64,000 nucleotides of DNA from an uncultured Myxococcales bacterium (GTDB lineage: Bacteria > Myxococcota > UBA4151). The number at the start of each line of letters is the position of its first letter. The first letter of the stretch is position 1. The DNA lies in assembly GCA_964013405.1 (NCBI GenBank), contig CAXGWI010000003.1, forward strand, positions 21,889 to 85,888. The letters run 5' to 3'. Below the pieces are notes generated by a model. It saw only the letters and a program-made list of their open reading frames with translations, had not been told where the DNA came from and searched no databases. Positions 1 to 8,813 of the stretch are shown here, in pieces. A program made the position numbers and the translations under genes.

Positions 1-2
1 GC

Positions 3-119
3 GATCATCCTGATCACCCGACGGGGTGCGGCTGTGTGGCCGCTAGCCCCCTCAACCTCTGGTTGCTCTTGCTCTTCTTTGTCGGCCGGCGGCCCTATCG
101 AGCGGGGACGCTGAACTGA
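3..119 (+). CDS. 3' end of a surface protein with a MYXO-CTERM-like sorting signal (partial, 5' end outside window)
   Basis: Manual translation of frame 3: DHPDHPTGCGCVAASPLNLWLLLLFFVGRRPYRAGTLN*. This is GCGC + hydrophobic helix + basic residues. Stop TGA at 117-119; overlaps the convergent gene by 25 bp. Confidence 0.7.
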   Translation, partial: DHPDHPTGCGCVAASPLNLWLLLLFFVGRRPYRAGTLN

Positions 120-1156
120 GCCATGATTCCCCCATCGGCGGGGGAGATCAATTGCACCTCGATGACCTGCTGGCCGCGCCGTGTGAGAATCGTACCGGTC
201 AACACCGCATCGGTCTTCTTCGCCATGCGCTTCTTTCGCCCGTCACTCATGTCGGCAAACTTTTTGATCGGTTGTTTTTTGGCGACCGTGCAACCCGCAG
301 CGCCGGATTTGAGTTGGTCGATCACCTGCTTGGCAGCCTTTCGGCCGTCGAGGCCGCTGGCGCCCCGACTGGTGAACTCAGCCACCGAGATCCGCAAGGG
401 CCCTGGGCGTACAGGCTGTCCCTTTTTCGCGCCACCAAAGGTGTCGCCCAGGTGGGTATAACTGCCCTTCGAACTGCTGGCTTTGACCTCGTACACTTCG
501 ATCTCGCCGACGGCGTCACCGCCCTTCATCACCTGGAGTTTGCTCCCCTCACCAATGCCGTGGCCTCGCCCTAAGGAGACCGTGATCTCACCAGCGATAT
601 GGGCCGTGATGCGCCCCCGGACACTGTTTCGTGGAGCACAGGCATGGCGATTCAATTGATGGAAAAGCCGAACGCCAAACTTTGGATCAAGCTCTACGGC
701 TGCTTTGGCATCGCCACTGAGTTTTCCCGCCAGACCTTCGAGGAGTTCCTCAAGTAAATCCGGGTTACTCCAGCTCACCCGCTCGGCATGAACGGTGGCA
801 GCCGTATCCACATCGACCAGGCGAACATTCAAAATGCGCTTCGAGCCCAACCGCCCAACACTACCAACGAGAAAATAAGCCGCGTGGGCGTAGGCAGCGA
901 GGTCGATAAAATCGTCATCGCTGGCCGTCACCATCTGCAACTGCTTCTCTTCCATCATTTGGGCCATATGGTTCCGGTCGAGGACTTTATATTTGCCCTT
1001 CTGGCTCAGCATCGTGCCCAACGTGTCGCCGATCTCGTCACCATCCCCTTGGGTGAGACCACCGCCCACCTTGAGGGGCATCAAAGCCAAGGTCTCCTGC
1101 TCGGCCATCGCTGGGCCGGCCACGAGAAGACTCGCAGCAATCGTCAGACGGAACAT
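95..1156 (-). CDS. Secreted CsgG/FlgO(TolB-N)-like protein with a FlgT-C-like beta domain
   Basis: Sec signal (AMA|E). 'YKVLDRNHMAQMMEEKQLQ...AAYFLVGSVGRLG...LNVRLVDVDTA' resembles the CsgG/FlgO fold. 'ITVSLGRGHGIGEGSKLQV...GEIEVYEV...SSKG' resembles FlgT-C. A second alpha/beta domain lies at the C-terminus. Confidence 0.6.
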   Translation of the reverse strand: MFRLTIAASLLVAGPAMAEQETLALMPLKVGGGLTQGDGDEIGDTLGTMLSQKGKYKVLDRNHMAQMMEEKQLQMVTASDDDFIDLAAYAHAAYFLVGSVGRLGSKRILNVRLVDVDTAATVHAERVSWSNPDLLEELLEGLAGKLSGDAKAAVELDPKFGVRLFHQLNRHACAPRNSVRGRITAHIAGEITVSLGRGHGIGEGSKLQVMKGGDAVGEIEVYEVKASSSKGSYTHLGDTFGGAKKGQPVRPGPLRISVAEFTSRGASGLDGRKAAKQVIDQLKSGAAGCTVAKKQPIKKFADMSDGRKKRMAKKTDAVLTGTILTRRGQQVIEVQLISPADGGIMAQFSVPAR

Positions 1157-2025
1157 CAGTTCTCCTTCTTTGCCTCTGGCGGCTTATCGGACTCCGGAGG
1201 CGTCTTTTTATTCGGCGCCTTTGGGCCAATATCGGTTGGTTTCGACCGGCGCTTGATCAAGGGCCGCTTGGCTTTGCCTTTTTGCTCACTGGATTTGGAG
1301 GCATTCCCTGGGGAATCCTTGCTGGTCTTCGGTCCAGGGTTCGGGGGCGCTGACTTGGCATTCGCGGCCTCTGGCTCATCCCTCACGGCGGGCCCGACTG
1401 CGGGCTCGGAAGCCCCTAACTCCAGATCGGGTTCTCCATCCTCTTTGTCCTCTTTGGACTCCGCGGCCAAGAGATCACCTTTCGCCTCGATGACGTGGGT
1501 TAGGGGCAGCGCCTGGCGCATCTCGTCGGGAACCTGAGCCCACTTCAGTTGCATCCAGTCCGGCGCCCTTGGGGTAAAAACCGTGCCGTCCCCCATCCGG
1601 CCAGGGAGGGCCTCTAGGACGGAATCGAGCCGCTCGTCCCCATGCAGCGCCCTACGAATCACCTTGTCCACATCTTCCCATCGTAACTGGACCCGGCTGA
1701 AGTGGCTGCCGTCGGCCGGGTCCACCCAGCGGTCGCTCACCGATGCGACCAGGGCGACCTGAACATAGAGTTCCTTCGCTAGATCCGGCCCCAATGGCGT
1801 CAGGGCAGGGGCCAGCCAGGCGTCGAGTGCACCAGCGAGTTGGGAGGCGGCCATCATATCAGCCCCAGCGATGCCTTCCGCTGCGGGGGCCTCACCGATC
1901 GCGACCACGCCCCGCTTCGCAATGGCCGTCTCCCCGCTCACCCAATCCGGGGCGGGAGCCGGCAAGTAGGCACAAGCGATGCCAAGAAAACCGCCAAGAC
2001 CGAGGGTTAGCCATCGCATCAGCAC
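1156..2025 (-). CDS. LPP20-like lipoprotein with a disordered, charged/Pro-rich C-terminal tail
   Basis: AAGGAGG RBS before GTG; lipobox-like 'GIAC'; 'APDWV...VVAIGEA...DRWVDPADGSHFSRV'; Lys/Glu/Pro-rich tail; 1-bp overlap with the next gene. Confidence 0.5.
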   Translation of the reverse strand: MLMRWLTLGLGGFLGIACAYLPAPAPDWVSGETAIAKRGVVAIGEAPAAEGIAGADMMAASQLAGALDAWLAPALTPLGPDLAKELYVQVALVASVSDRWVDPADGSHFSRVQLRWEDVDKVIRRALHGDERLDSVLEALPGRMGDGTVFTPRAPDWMQLKWAQVPDEMRQALPLTHVIEAKGDLLAAESKEDKEDGEPDLELGASEPAVGPAVRDEPEAANAKSAPPNPGPKTSKDSPGNASKSSEQKGKAKRPLIKRRSKPTDIGPKAPNKKTPPESDKPPEAKKEN

Positions 2026-2080
2026 GACACCTCCTTGCCCAGAGCCTAGCCCAGGGGGCCACCGCTGCCCAGGAAAGGGG

Positions 2081-2536
2081 TCACGGTTTCGGATAAGAAT
2101 AGAGAAAGTAGTAAACTCGCCCCTCTTTGCCGGACCATCTTCCGTGGGGGTCGATCCACTCCGCCTCCTGCTTCATTCCCTCGAGCACCGACTTAAAGAG
2201 TCGGCTGCTTTCACTCCGATCGACAGCAAAGTGCCGCTGAATGCCCTCCTTCGATGTCTGATCGGAGCGGGTCACACGGGTGGAGATATCGACGCCAGCG
2301 ACAGACACGGTCCCCAGCATGCTCGCCAGGTCACGGGCAGCCCGGTCCTGAGCGATTTTGCGGGCATCGCCCGGCATGCCGGTCGGACCGCCATAGCCCA
2401 CCACCCAGAGTCGACTCTCGTCCTGAACGGGCGGCTCACCCGTGGCTTTCCACTGACTCAGCCACGGTGGCGGCTCCGGAACAGGTGGCGTGTGAGCACA
2501 GGCCAAAAAGAGAAGGGATGCGGTGAAACACCGCAT
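2081..2536 (-). CDS. LPP20-like lipoprotein
   Basis: Start moved to ATG 2536 (GAGGGG RBS); 'LLFLAC' lipobox; 'PPPWL...WVVGYG...ARKIAQDRAARDLA'. Confidence 0.55.
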   Translation of the reverse strand: MRCFTASLLFLACAHTPPVPEPPPWLSQWKATGEPPVQDESRLWVVGYGGPTGMPGDARKIAQDRAARDLASMLGTVSVAGVDISTRVTRSDQTSKEGIQRHFAVDRSESSRLFKSVLEGMKQEAEWIDPHGRWSGKEGRVYYFLYSYPKP

Positions 2537-2573
2537 CCCCCTCTTTAGCAGAATCCAACTCAAGGGAACGCTC

Positions 2574-3122
2574 TTAGTTCCCACGAGCCTTTTCAAGTTC
2601 CGAATTCAGGTCATCGAAGTTGCTCTCGGCCCGGGCTCGGATTTGGGCTGCAGCCCGCTTATCCAGGTCGTTCATCTTCTCCAGGTTGTCGCCGAAGGCG
2701 TCCAGATTCAGATAGGCCAGCGAGTAGAGCGTGCCATCTTTGTCTTCCCAGTGATTGATGATGTTCACGCCCACCAACTTCACATCCACCAAACTCTTGG
2801 TGATGTCGGCCGTATAGGCTTCGACGTTTTCTGCCTCGGTATCGGTCACGCTCTCGCGGGAGCTCTTGTAGAGGTTGGTCACGTGCTTACCGAAGATGGC
2901 AGCCATCTCCTTGAAGGCCTCATTATGGGACTGAGTCCGCCGCATGATCTTATCTTTGGAGGTGCCGATCCCGACGGCATAAAATCCCTTGCCGTTGGGT
3001 GCATCATAGGCACCACCCCCACGATGGACCCAGGCGGGGGTTCCGCTGGTGGCCGGTGTGGAGGCACAAGCCATGATCATACCGGCCGCAGCCATAACGG
3101 TAAGTGTCTTCGCAATTCGCAT
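2574..3122 (-). CDS. LPP20-family lipoprotein
   Basis: 'GMIMAC' lipobox; 'PAWV...FYAVGIG...LVGVNIINHWEDKDGTLYSLA' is the typical LPP20 pattern; AAAGGAAG RBS. Confidence 0.7.
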   Translation of the reverse strand: MRIAKTLTVMAAAGMIMACASTPATSGTPAWVHRGGGAYDAPNGKGFYAVGIGTSKDKIMRRTQSHNEAFKEMAAIFGKHVTNLYKSSRESVTDTEAENVEAYTADITKSLVDVKLVGVNIINHWEDKDGTLYSLAYLNLDAFGDNLEKMNDLDKRAAAQIRARAESNFDDLNSELEKARGN

Positions 3123-3203
3123 GTCGTCTTCCTTTCAATAGCCCGACGGGCTGGTCAAAGTTGGGGCTGAGACGAATATCCCCTGTTCCTATTCAATCCA
3201 TCC

Positions 3204-3223
3204 ACTGTGACGTGGTTCACAGT
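3204..3223. promoter_or_regulatory. Perfect CRP/FNR-family-type palindrome (ACTGTGA-cgtggt-TCACAGT)
   Basis: TGTGA at 3206-3210, a 6-nt spacer and TCACA at 3217-3221, extended by AC/GT. It lies in the largest intergenic gap of the operon, about 85-100 bp upstream of the 3122 start. Confidence 0.55.
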
Positions 3224-3256
3224 CTTCCTAATGCCTCCATGACAGGCCGACAACCC

Positions 3257-4777
3257 TCAGCGAGAGAGCGCCTGACGCAAGGCCTTCACCAAGCGCTTCC
3301 CCACACGCTTCTCGGCCTGTTCCGTGGCCGAGTCATCGTCGGTTTGCGTCCCCCGCCCGCTTGCGTCGAGTTGGGCCCGCTGGGCTCCCTGCTTGCGTAC
3401 CGTCAACTGGGCCCTCACTTTACAGGTCCTGCGCATGCTCAGGTCCTTACAGGTCGCCTCGCCGATGGATAATTCGAGTTCCCAAGCCGCACTTGAATCA
3501 TCGACCAGGTCCATACCCAGCTTCTTGGAGAGTCCTTCACGCAGAGCACTCGGCGGCTCACTGCCGGAAAGGCGAACTCGAATCGGCTGCAGATTCAAGG
3601 TCATCTGTAGTCGCAGCCGCGCCACCACACCGGGATGCTTCAGCCGCAACCAACTGTTCTCCCCCTGATCCACGCCCGCAAGCGTTGCCATATCGACGGC
3701 GACAACAACCTTCGGACGGCGGCCCCAGATTCGCCAGTCTTTCACATGGGCCGTCCCAGCACGGGTCGTGACCAAGTGACTGGGCGACCGGGGCCCCATA
3801 CGAAGTTTAAAGCGAACCGGCACGCCGTCCACCGGGCCACCATCGCTGGTGACCTCCGCACTGATCGTCAGCGCCGTTCCCACGGGAGCGGAACCCGGAT
3901 CCGCCGCAGACAACTGGAGGCCTGCTCCAGCTCGAGCGACGAGGTCATTGACCAGGGCCTCTGCCGGCCGGCCCGCGATCTGGAAGGGCACACCGAAGAG
4001 ATTTCGCAGGGCGAGGCTGGCCCGCAGACCATGCCCCAAGGCTTTCACCGAATCCCCAGCGGCCAAAGCTTTCTCCGCAGCCTGGACCTGATCGAGCACC
4101 ACGTCTTGGAGGGCTGCAAGTTGAGCGGCGATCTTCGCCTCCAGCTCCGCTTTATTGAAACGGCCCAGCACATAGGCATTTTGCTCGTCACTGTACTGAT
4201 CATGAATCTCAGCACCCTCTAAGGAGGCATCCACGTGGGCCCGAATGGCCTCATCATAGTTACTTGCGAGGTTTTCACCGGCCTGATCGGTGTAGCTGCT
4301 GCGGAAGCTGTCCGCGACAGACTCCACATGGACCTTCAATTGGGAGCCGATGGCCGCGAAAGCTCGATCGCGAGCCTGGATCCGAGCCTCACCTTCATCG
4401 CTCTCGATATTGGCCATGCCCATGCCATAGATATAGGTCCCATCAGCGGCCGGCACCTGCATGATCCAGGCAGGCTTCCCCCTTGGCTTTGCAGGTTCTG
4501 CAGCCGGCGCTGGGTCCGGCTTGGTACGGATCGGCGCGGGTGCTGGGGCCTCTTTACGGGGACGAAGCGTCGTCAAATTCGGGGGGTTTTCTTCGATATC
4601 CCGAACCCGCTCCTCTTTCGTCTTCATCTTTCGGCGCTTCTCGAGGTCGAGAAAATTGGCACCCGCCCGGGCCTTGATTCGGTCCCGCTTGGCCTTTGAG
4701 AGTCGTTTCGGCCCTGTTTTCGGCGGTGGCGTGCTCACACAGCCCGCCATCGCCAACAGCAACAATCCCCGTTTCAT
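3257..4777 (-). CDS. LPP20-domain lipoprotein with helical and Ig-like C-terminal extensions
   Basis: 'LAMAGC' lipobox; basic/Pro-rich linker; 'KPAWI...YIYGMGMA...ARIQARDRAFAAIGSQLKVHVES...LEGAEIHDQY...YVLGRF'. Confidence 0.65.
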   Translation of the reverse strand: MKRGLLLLAMAGCVSTPPPKTGPKRLSKAKRDRIKARAGANFLDLEKRRKMKTKEERVRDIEENPPNLTTLRPRKEAPAPAPIRTKPDPAPAAEPAKPRGKPAWIMQVPAADGTYIYGMGMANIESDEGEARIQARDRAFAAIGSQLKVHVESVADSFRSSYTDQAGENLASNYDEAIRAHVDASLEGAEIHDQYSDEQNAYVLGRFNKAELEAKIAAQLAALQDVVLDQVQAAEKALAAGDSVKALGHGLRASLALRNLFGVPFQIAGRPAEALVNDLVARAGAGLQLSAADPGSAPVGTALTISAEVTSDGGPVDGVPVRFKLRMGPRSPSHLVTTRAGTAHVKDWRIWGRRPKVVVAVDMATLAGVDQGENSWLRLKHPGVVARLRLQMTLNLQPIRVRLSGSEPPSALREGLSKKLGMDLVDDSSAAWELELSIGEATCKDLSMRRTCKVRAQLTVRKQGAQRAQLDASGRGTQTDDDSATEQAEKRVGKRLVKALRQALSR

Positions 4778-4831
4778 CCGCTCATCTCCTCGTCACGGGG
4801 GGATGGACGTCCCCCCCGGCCAGACATTCAG

Positions 4832-6667
4832 CTAGTAGTTAAAGATCAACCCGCCCATGAGGGTAGGTAAGCCTGCTTGAAGGCCGGCTCGCCCGTGGAT
4901 GCCGGCCCAGCCGGAACCGAGGAAGTAGTCCGCAAAAATATGCGTACCCGGGTGAAGATCTTCTGAGCCCGCATTGACGCCCACATCGAACTGAGCGCCG
5001 AAACCCAAGGCGCCACTGTGCCAGCGCTTTTTGAGGCCAAGGGCACCAAAGCCGGCGAAATCGCCAAGGTCGGCGCTGTAGTTCGTACCAAAGTCTCCCA
5101 CAAACCAGAGCTCACTCAAGGCAGAGCTGTTGAATGCGAAGCCTAAACTCTTCGCAAAGCCAAAGGTGACCCCCATGCCACCGGCGATGATGAAGTTCCC
5201 ACCGTTATCCCGGTGATCCTCAAGCATCTGATGCCCGAGATCACCCCGGCCGGCGATGAGTTCAGCTTCGGAGCTAACGTCCCGCTTCATACCGTCTTTG
5301 CCCGGCTTGTTATTGGCCACTTTGCGAACCCGAGAGTAGCCGATCTTCTGGCGCTTCATGGCCGTGTTGTATTCAGCCACATAAAAGCCCTGGTCGACGC
5401 GAATACCTTCCCGGCTTCCCAGACCGAAACCAAGGCGGTCACCCACTTTGGAGTTGATGGGCGCCAGCAAGCGGAAGGGCTCAAGGCCTCTCATCTGCTG
5501 TTGAACGCTGCCACCGATACTTGAGGCGGCGCCGCGACAGGCATCACGCAAACGCCGCTGTTGGCTGTTGCCGCTGGCCCGGAGCTTGGCAAAATGCTTC
5601 TTGTAAGGGGGCGCGTGCCGGAGGTGGTGGAAATCAAACTTGGCGCTCAGGCGACACTGCCATTCCGGGTGATAGGGCTTACGGGCGCTCTTGTTGTCCT
5701 CACTCGATGGAAACATACACCGGGCCGGATACTGGGGCTTACTGGGTGCACGCTGTCCCTTTTGGGGATTCTTCTGCCAGGCCTCATACTTTGCCTGCTG
5801 CGCCTGAAAACGATCCCGTTCCCGTTTCCGCTTCTGCAACCACTGCCCCGCCTTCATCCAGTCGGTTTCACCGGGGACTCGGACTTCGGACTGTCGACTC
5901 ACTCGACCATTCTTGATGAGACCTTCGAGATTGCTGGCCCGCTCACTACGCCACGAGTCGAAACTCTGGCGAACATGAATGCGCTGATTGTTACCGTCGT
6001 TTCGAGGCCGCTTCGAATCGGGAATATCGCAGACAAGGACCCGCTTCACCCCGGCGCCGGTCAAGGTGGGCTGGTAGAAGAAAGCCGAGTTCATGACCCG
6101 CTCGAGGTCCCGACCTTTGATATCGAACTCCTTATACTTCACGTTGAAGTCCGCTTCCGCCTTCGCCTTGTCCATCTTCGAGGCCTTCATGTAGTCGCTG
6201 AATGCCTTTAGATTCTTTTGGTTCGGAGGCACCCCGTAGGGCATATCGACAAAGTCAAAGCGCACCATGCGGGTGGCCCGGCCGATGGCCTTGCCCACCA
6301 TTTGATTCATGGCTTCGAGGGTCCAGGCACCACCAGGAAACCTCTGGCCATAAAATTTGAACCACCTCACCACATGCCAGCCTGGCTTATCCCAGACGGT
6401 CTCCGGCGCGAAGTAGAGCAAGGTCTTGCGACGGTAAGTGGCCGCGCTCTTGTCCTCCTGGCTCATCGCATCTTTGTCCGCGGTCGTCGCGTCCCGATGG
6501 TCCACTTTCGGCGCGGAGGGATCGGCCGCATCGCTAGGCGCCGTCGGACTGGCCGTGGGTCCCGTCGTACTGTCTGCTGCAGTGCCGCCTTCTTTATAAT
6601 GACTATCCTGGGCGAGCCCAGGGGCTGCGATGAGGCAAACCGAAAAGAGAATCAGAGATTTCTTCAC
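4832..6667 (-). CDS. Secreted/outer-membrane protein: FlgT-C-like domain plus probable C-terminal beta-barrel
   Basis: Signal peptide (GLA|Q); 'LGFGLGSREGIRVDQGFYV...IGYSRVRKV' is FlgT-C-like; the last ~120 aa are Gly/aromatic alternating beta strands ending in 'LIFNY'. Confidence 0.5.
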   Translation of the reverse strand: MKKSLILFSVCLIAAPGLAQDSHYKEGGTAADSTTGPTASPTAPSDAADPSAPKVDHRDATTADKDAMSQEDKSAATYRRKTLLYFAPETVWDKPGWHVVRWFKFYGQRFPGGAWTLEAMNQMVGKAIGRATRMVRFDFVDMPYGVPPNQKNLKAFSDYMKASKMDKAKAEADFNVKYKEFDIKGRDLERVMNSAFFYQPTLTGAGVKRVLVCDIPDSKRPRNDGNNQRIHVRQSFDSWRSERASNLEGLIKNGRVSRQSEVRVPGETDWMKAGQWLQKRKRERDRFQAQQAKYEAWQKNPQKGQRAPSKPQYPARCMFPSSEDNKSARKPYHPEWQCRLSAKFDFHHLRHAPPYKKHFAKLRASGNSQQRRLRDACRGAASSIGGSVQQQMRGLEPFRLLAPINSKVGDRLGFGLGSREGIRVDQGFYVAEYNTAMKRQKIGYSRVRKVANNKPGKDGMKRDVSSEAELIAGRGDLGHQMLEDHRDNGGNFIIAGGMGVTFGFAKSLGFAFNSSALSELWFVGDFGTNYSADLGDFAGFGALGLKKRWHSGALGFGAQFDVGVNAGSEDLHPGTHIFADYFLGSGWAGIHGRAGLQAGLPTLMGGLIFNY

Positions 6668-6670
6668 CTC

Positions 6671-7828
6671 TTACTCCTCACAGGAAATGACGGCCATGGC
6701 GCCGCGACTGGTGGCCACTCGGCAACCCATGCCCTCCACCTGGCTTCCCAAGGAGAACATCAAACCACTGCTGTCGCCCTTCACCTTCACGATGAATTGC
6801 ATGGTGCCATCGGTGGCCAGCGTGTTCTTCGCTTTGCCCAAAGCCTTCATCTGCTGAAAGACTTGGTTCTTCGCCGCGCCACTGCTGAAGTCACCCCGCC
6901 AGGTAAAGAAGAAGTTTTTGCCCTTCTTCGCCTGCTTCTTCCACTTCTTCGTCATCATACCGATCACCTTATTGGCTGCATCGGAGATGGCTTCACTCAT
7001 GGCCACTTGAGCCTGGCCCATGGGGCGAGTCGGGCTGTAACCAGTGGCATCAGCAAGAGCCCGGCCTGTGGTGGTTTCGTAGGCCCGGAGTTGGGATTCC
7101 ACCTTCATGTTGCTGCCTTGGGTTTGAACCGTGGCGGCATAGGTGATGTAGACCTCAGCGCCGAGGGCCAGCGCCACCTGGGCTGCTTCGTCCTCATCAT
7201 GACCTGCGATCTCGCCAAGCTGACTCACAACTTCCTGCAAATCGCTGATGCCTGTCCGGTTCAGAACATCGAAGTCTCGTTCCTGAAGATACTCGTTGAT
7301 GCGAGTCTCGGCGCTGGTTTGAAGCTTCGGGTTACGAAAGGACTTGGATGGCACTGCCACAATACTCGGATTACCGATCGCGTCGGCCACATCCTCGTCA
7401 TCGGCGACCATGCCCTTGGCTTGCAGGCTCTCACGAAGATTCGCCACGTTCACTTCCACCATGGCCGTGTAGGTCACCCGGTTTGCGTCGAGGCGCTTGC
7501 TCCCAAGCATCTTCTTTTCGGTGGCGAAGCTGTGGGGGTCGATACCGGCAAAGAAGCCTTCACGCATGCCCATGTAGCGCTTCTTCTCATCGGGGCCGTT
7601 GGCAATCTTCTCTTTGATCGCCGCGTCGATGGCCACCTTCATCGAATCCATCTTGGCATTACCACCATCGGCGCCAATGCCGACGGTCTTGTAGGTCACC
7701 CGACCCACGTCTCCGCTTTCGTAAAACTGGGCATCCACCCCCACGGGGTGAGGCGGGTTCGGAACCACCGCCGGAGCGCAAGCGAGCGGCCCGACAAAGA
7801 AGAGTGACAACAACAGATGCTTATTCAT
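6671..7828 (-). CDS. FlgT-N/CsgG-like (DUF6175-like) lipoprotein
   Basis: AAGGAG RBS; 'PLAC' lipobox; 'VGIG...AKMDSMKVAIDAA...YTAMVEVNVANLRESL' followed by 'PSIVAVP...INEYLQERDFDVL...GAEVYI...LRAYETTTGRALA'. Confidence 0.55.
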   Translation of the reverse strand: MNKHLLLSLFFVGPLACAPAVVPNPPHPVGVDAQFYESGDVGRVTYKTVGIGADGGNAKMDSMKVAIDAAIKEKIANGPDEKKRYMGMREGFFAGIDPHSFATEKKMLGSKRLDANRVTYTAMVEVNVANLRESLQAKGMVADDEDVADAIGNPSIVAVPSKSFRNPKLQTSAETRINEYLQERDFDVLNRTGISDLQEVVSQLGEIAGHDEDEAAQVALALGAEVYITYAATVQTQGSNMKVESQLRAYETTTGRALADATGYSPTRPMGQAQVAMSEAISDAANKVIGMMTKKWKKQAKKGKNFFFTWRGDFSSGAAKNQVFQQMKALGKAKNTLATDGTMQFIVKVKGDSSGLMFSLGSQVEGMGCRVATSRGAMAVISCEE

Positions 7829-7941
7829 GCGAGCTCCTTGCTCATCAAAAGTAGACGATGTTTTAGGGTATCGGCGGCGTCGACGCTGATCGCTCCCCTT
7901 TCATTCACGGGGGGGACCTTGGATCGTGCTCTGGCTTTCGG

Positions 7942-8781
7942 TCAAGAGGCCAAGCGCTGCGCCAGCCAATCTCTGATGTCGGCTCGAACCACAGCTTGTT
8001 CTGGCTCATTGAGGATCTCGTGAAACAAGCCCGCATAAAACTTGAGGGTCTTGTCCTTGCTGCTCGCTTTTGCCACCAACTCTTCCGAGCCCGCCGGGAC
8101 GGCGATCGCGTCTTCGCTGCCGTGTAAAACCAAGAGGGGGCATTCAATCCCATCAGCCCGGGAGAGGACCTCTTCGCCGATGCCTAAAAGTTGGTGCCCA
8201 GAGCGGGCCGGCACCATGCCGTGATAAACGAGAGGATCGCGCTCATAGGCCCGGACGACCTCGGGGTCCCGCGAGACCCGGTCTGGATCCAACTTCGATG
8301 CAGGGAGCCGGGGGGCGATGGTCCCCAAGACGCCAGCGATCTTTTGCAACAACGGGCTGAGATCTTCGCTTAACTTCAAGGGTGGACCGGTGATGATACA
8401 GAGGTCCATCCGCTCTGGAGCCTCGGCCGCGGCCAAGGCGGCAAGGGCCCCACCCATGCTGTGACCAAAGAGAATACGCGGCCGGTTCGGTTGCTCCTCC
8501 GCAGCCCACCGCAGCACACGAATCAACTCGGGCAACAGGCCGCGAAAGCTGCTGATGTAGCCCATTTTGCCACCGGAACGGCCATGGCCCCGCTGATCGT
8601 AGGCATAGACCGCAATGCCCAGGCTCAGCATCTCCTCGACAAAGGCCTCGTAGCGACCGCAGTGCTCGCCATAGCCATGAACCAAGGTCAGACTGGCCCG
8701 GACCTCCCCCTCAGGAAGCCAGCGACAGCGAAAGATGTCGTCACCATCGACTCCAGTGACCGTTTGCTCTTCGTAGCTCAT
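7942..8781 (-). CDS. Alpha/beta hydrolase, lysophospholipase/monoacylglycerol lipase family
   Basis: 'VHGYGEHCGRY', 'DQRGHGRS', nucleophile 'GHSMGG', 'HGSED', 'FHEILNE'. Confidence 0.9.
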   Translation of the reverse strand: MSYEEQTVTGVDGDDIFRCRWLPEGEVRASLTLVHGYGEHCGRYEAFVEEMLSLGIAVYAYDQRGHGRSGGKMGYISSFRGLLPELIRVLRWAAEEQPNRPRILFGHSMGGALAALAAAEAPERMDLCIITGPPLKLSEDLSPLLQKIAGVLGTIAPRLPASKLDPDRVSRDPEVVRAYERDPLVYHGMVPARSGHQLLGIGEEVLSRADGIECPLLVLHGSEDAIAVPAGSEELVAKASSKDKTLKFYAGLFHEILNEPEQAVVRADIRDWLAQRLAS

Positions 8782-8813
8782 AGGCCTTCGTTATCTGGCC
8801 CCAGCCTTTCCGG

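Noticed and set aside
6218..7807. 529-aa plus-strand ORF
   Set aside because: Antisense shadow spanning two well-formed minus-strand genes; no recognisable domain.
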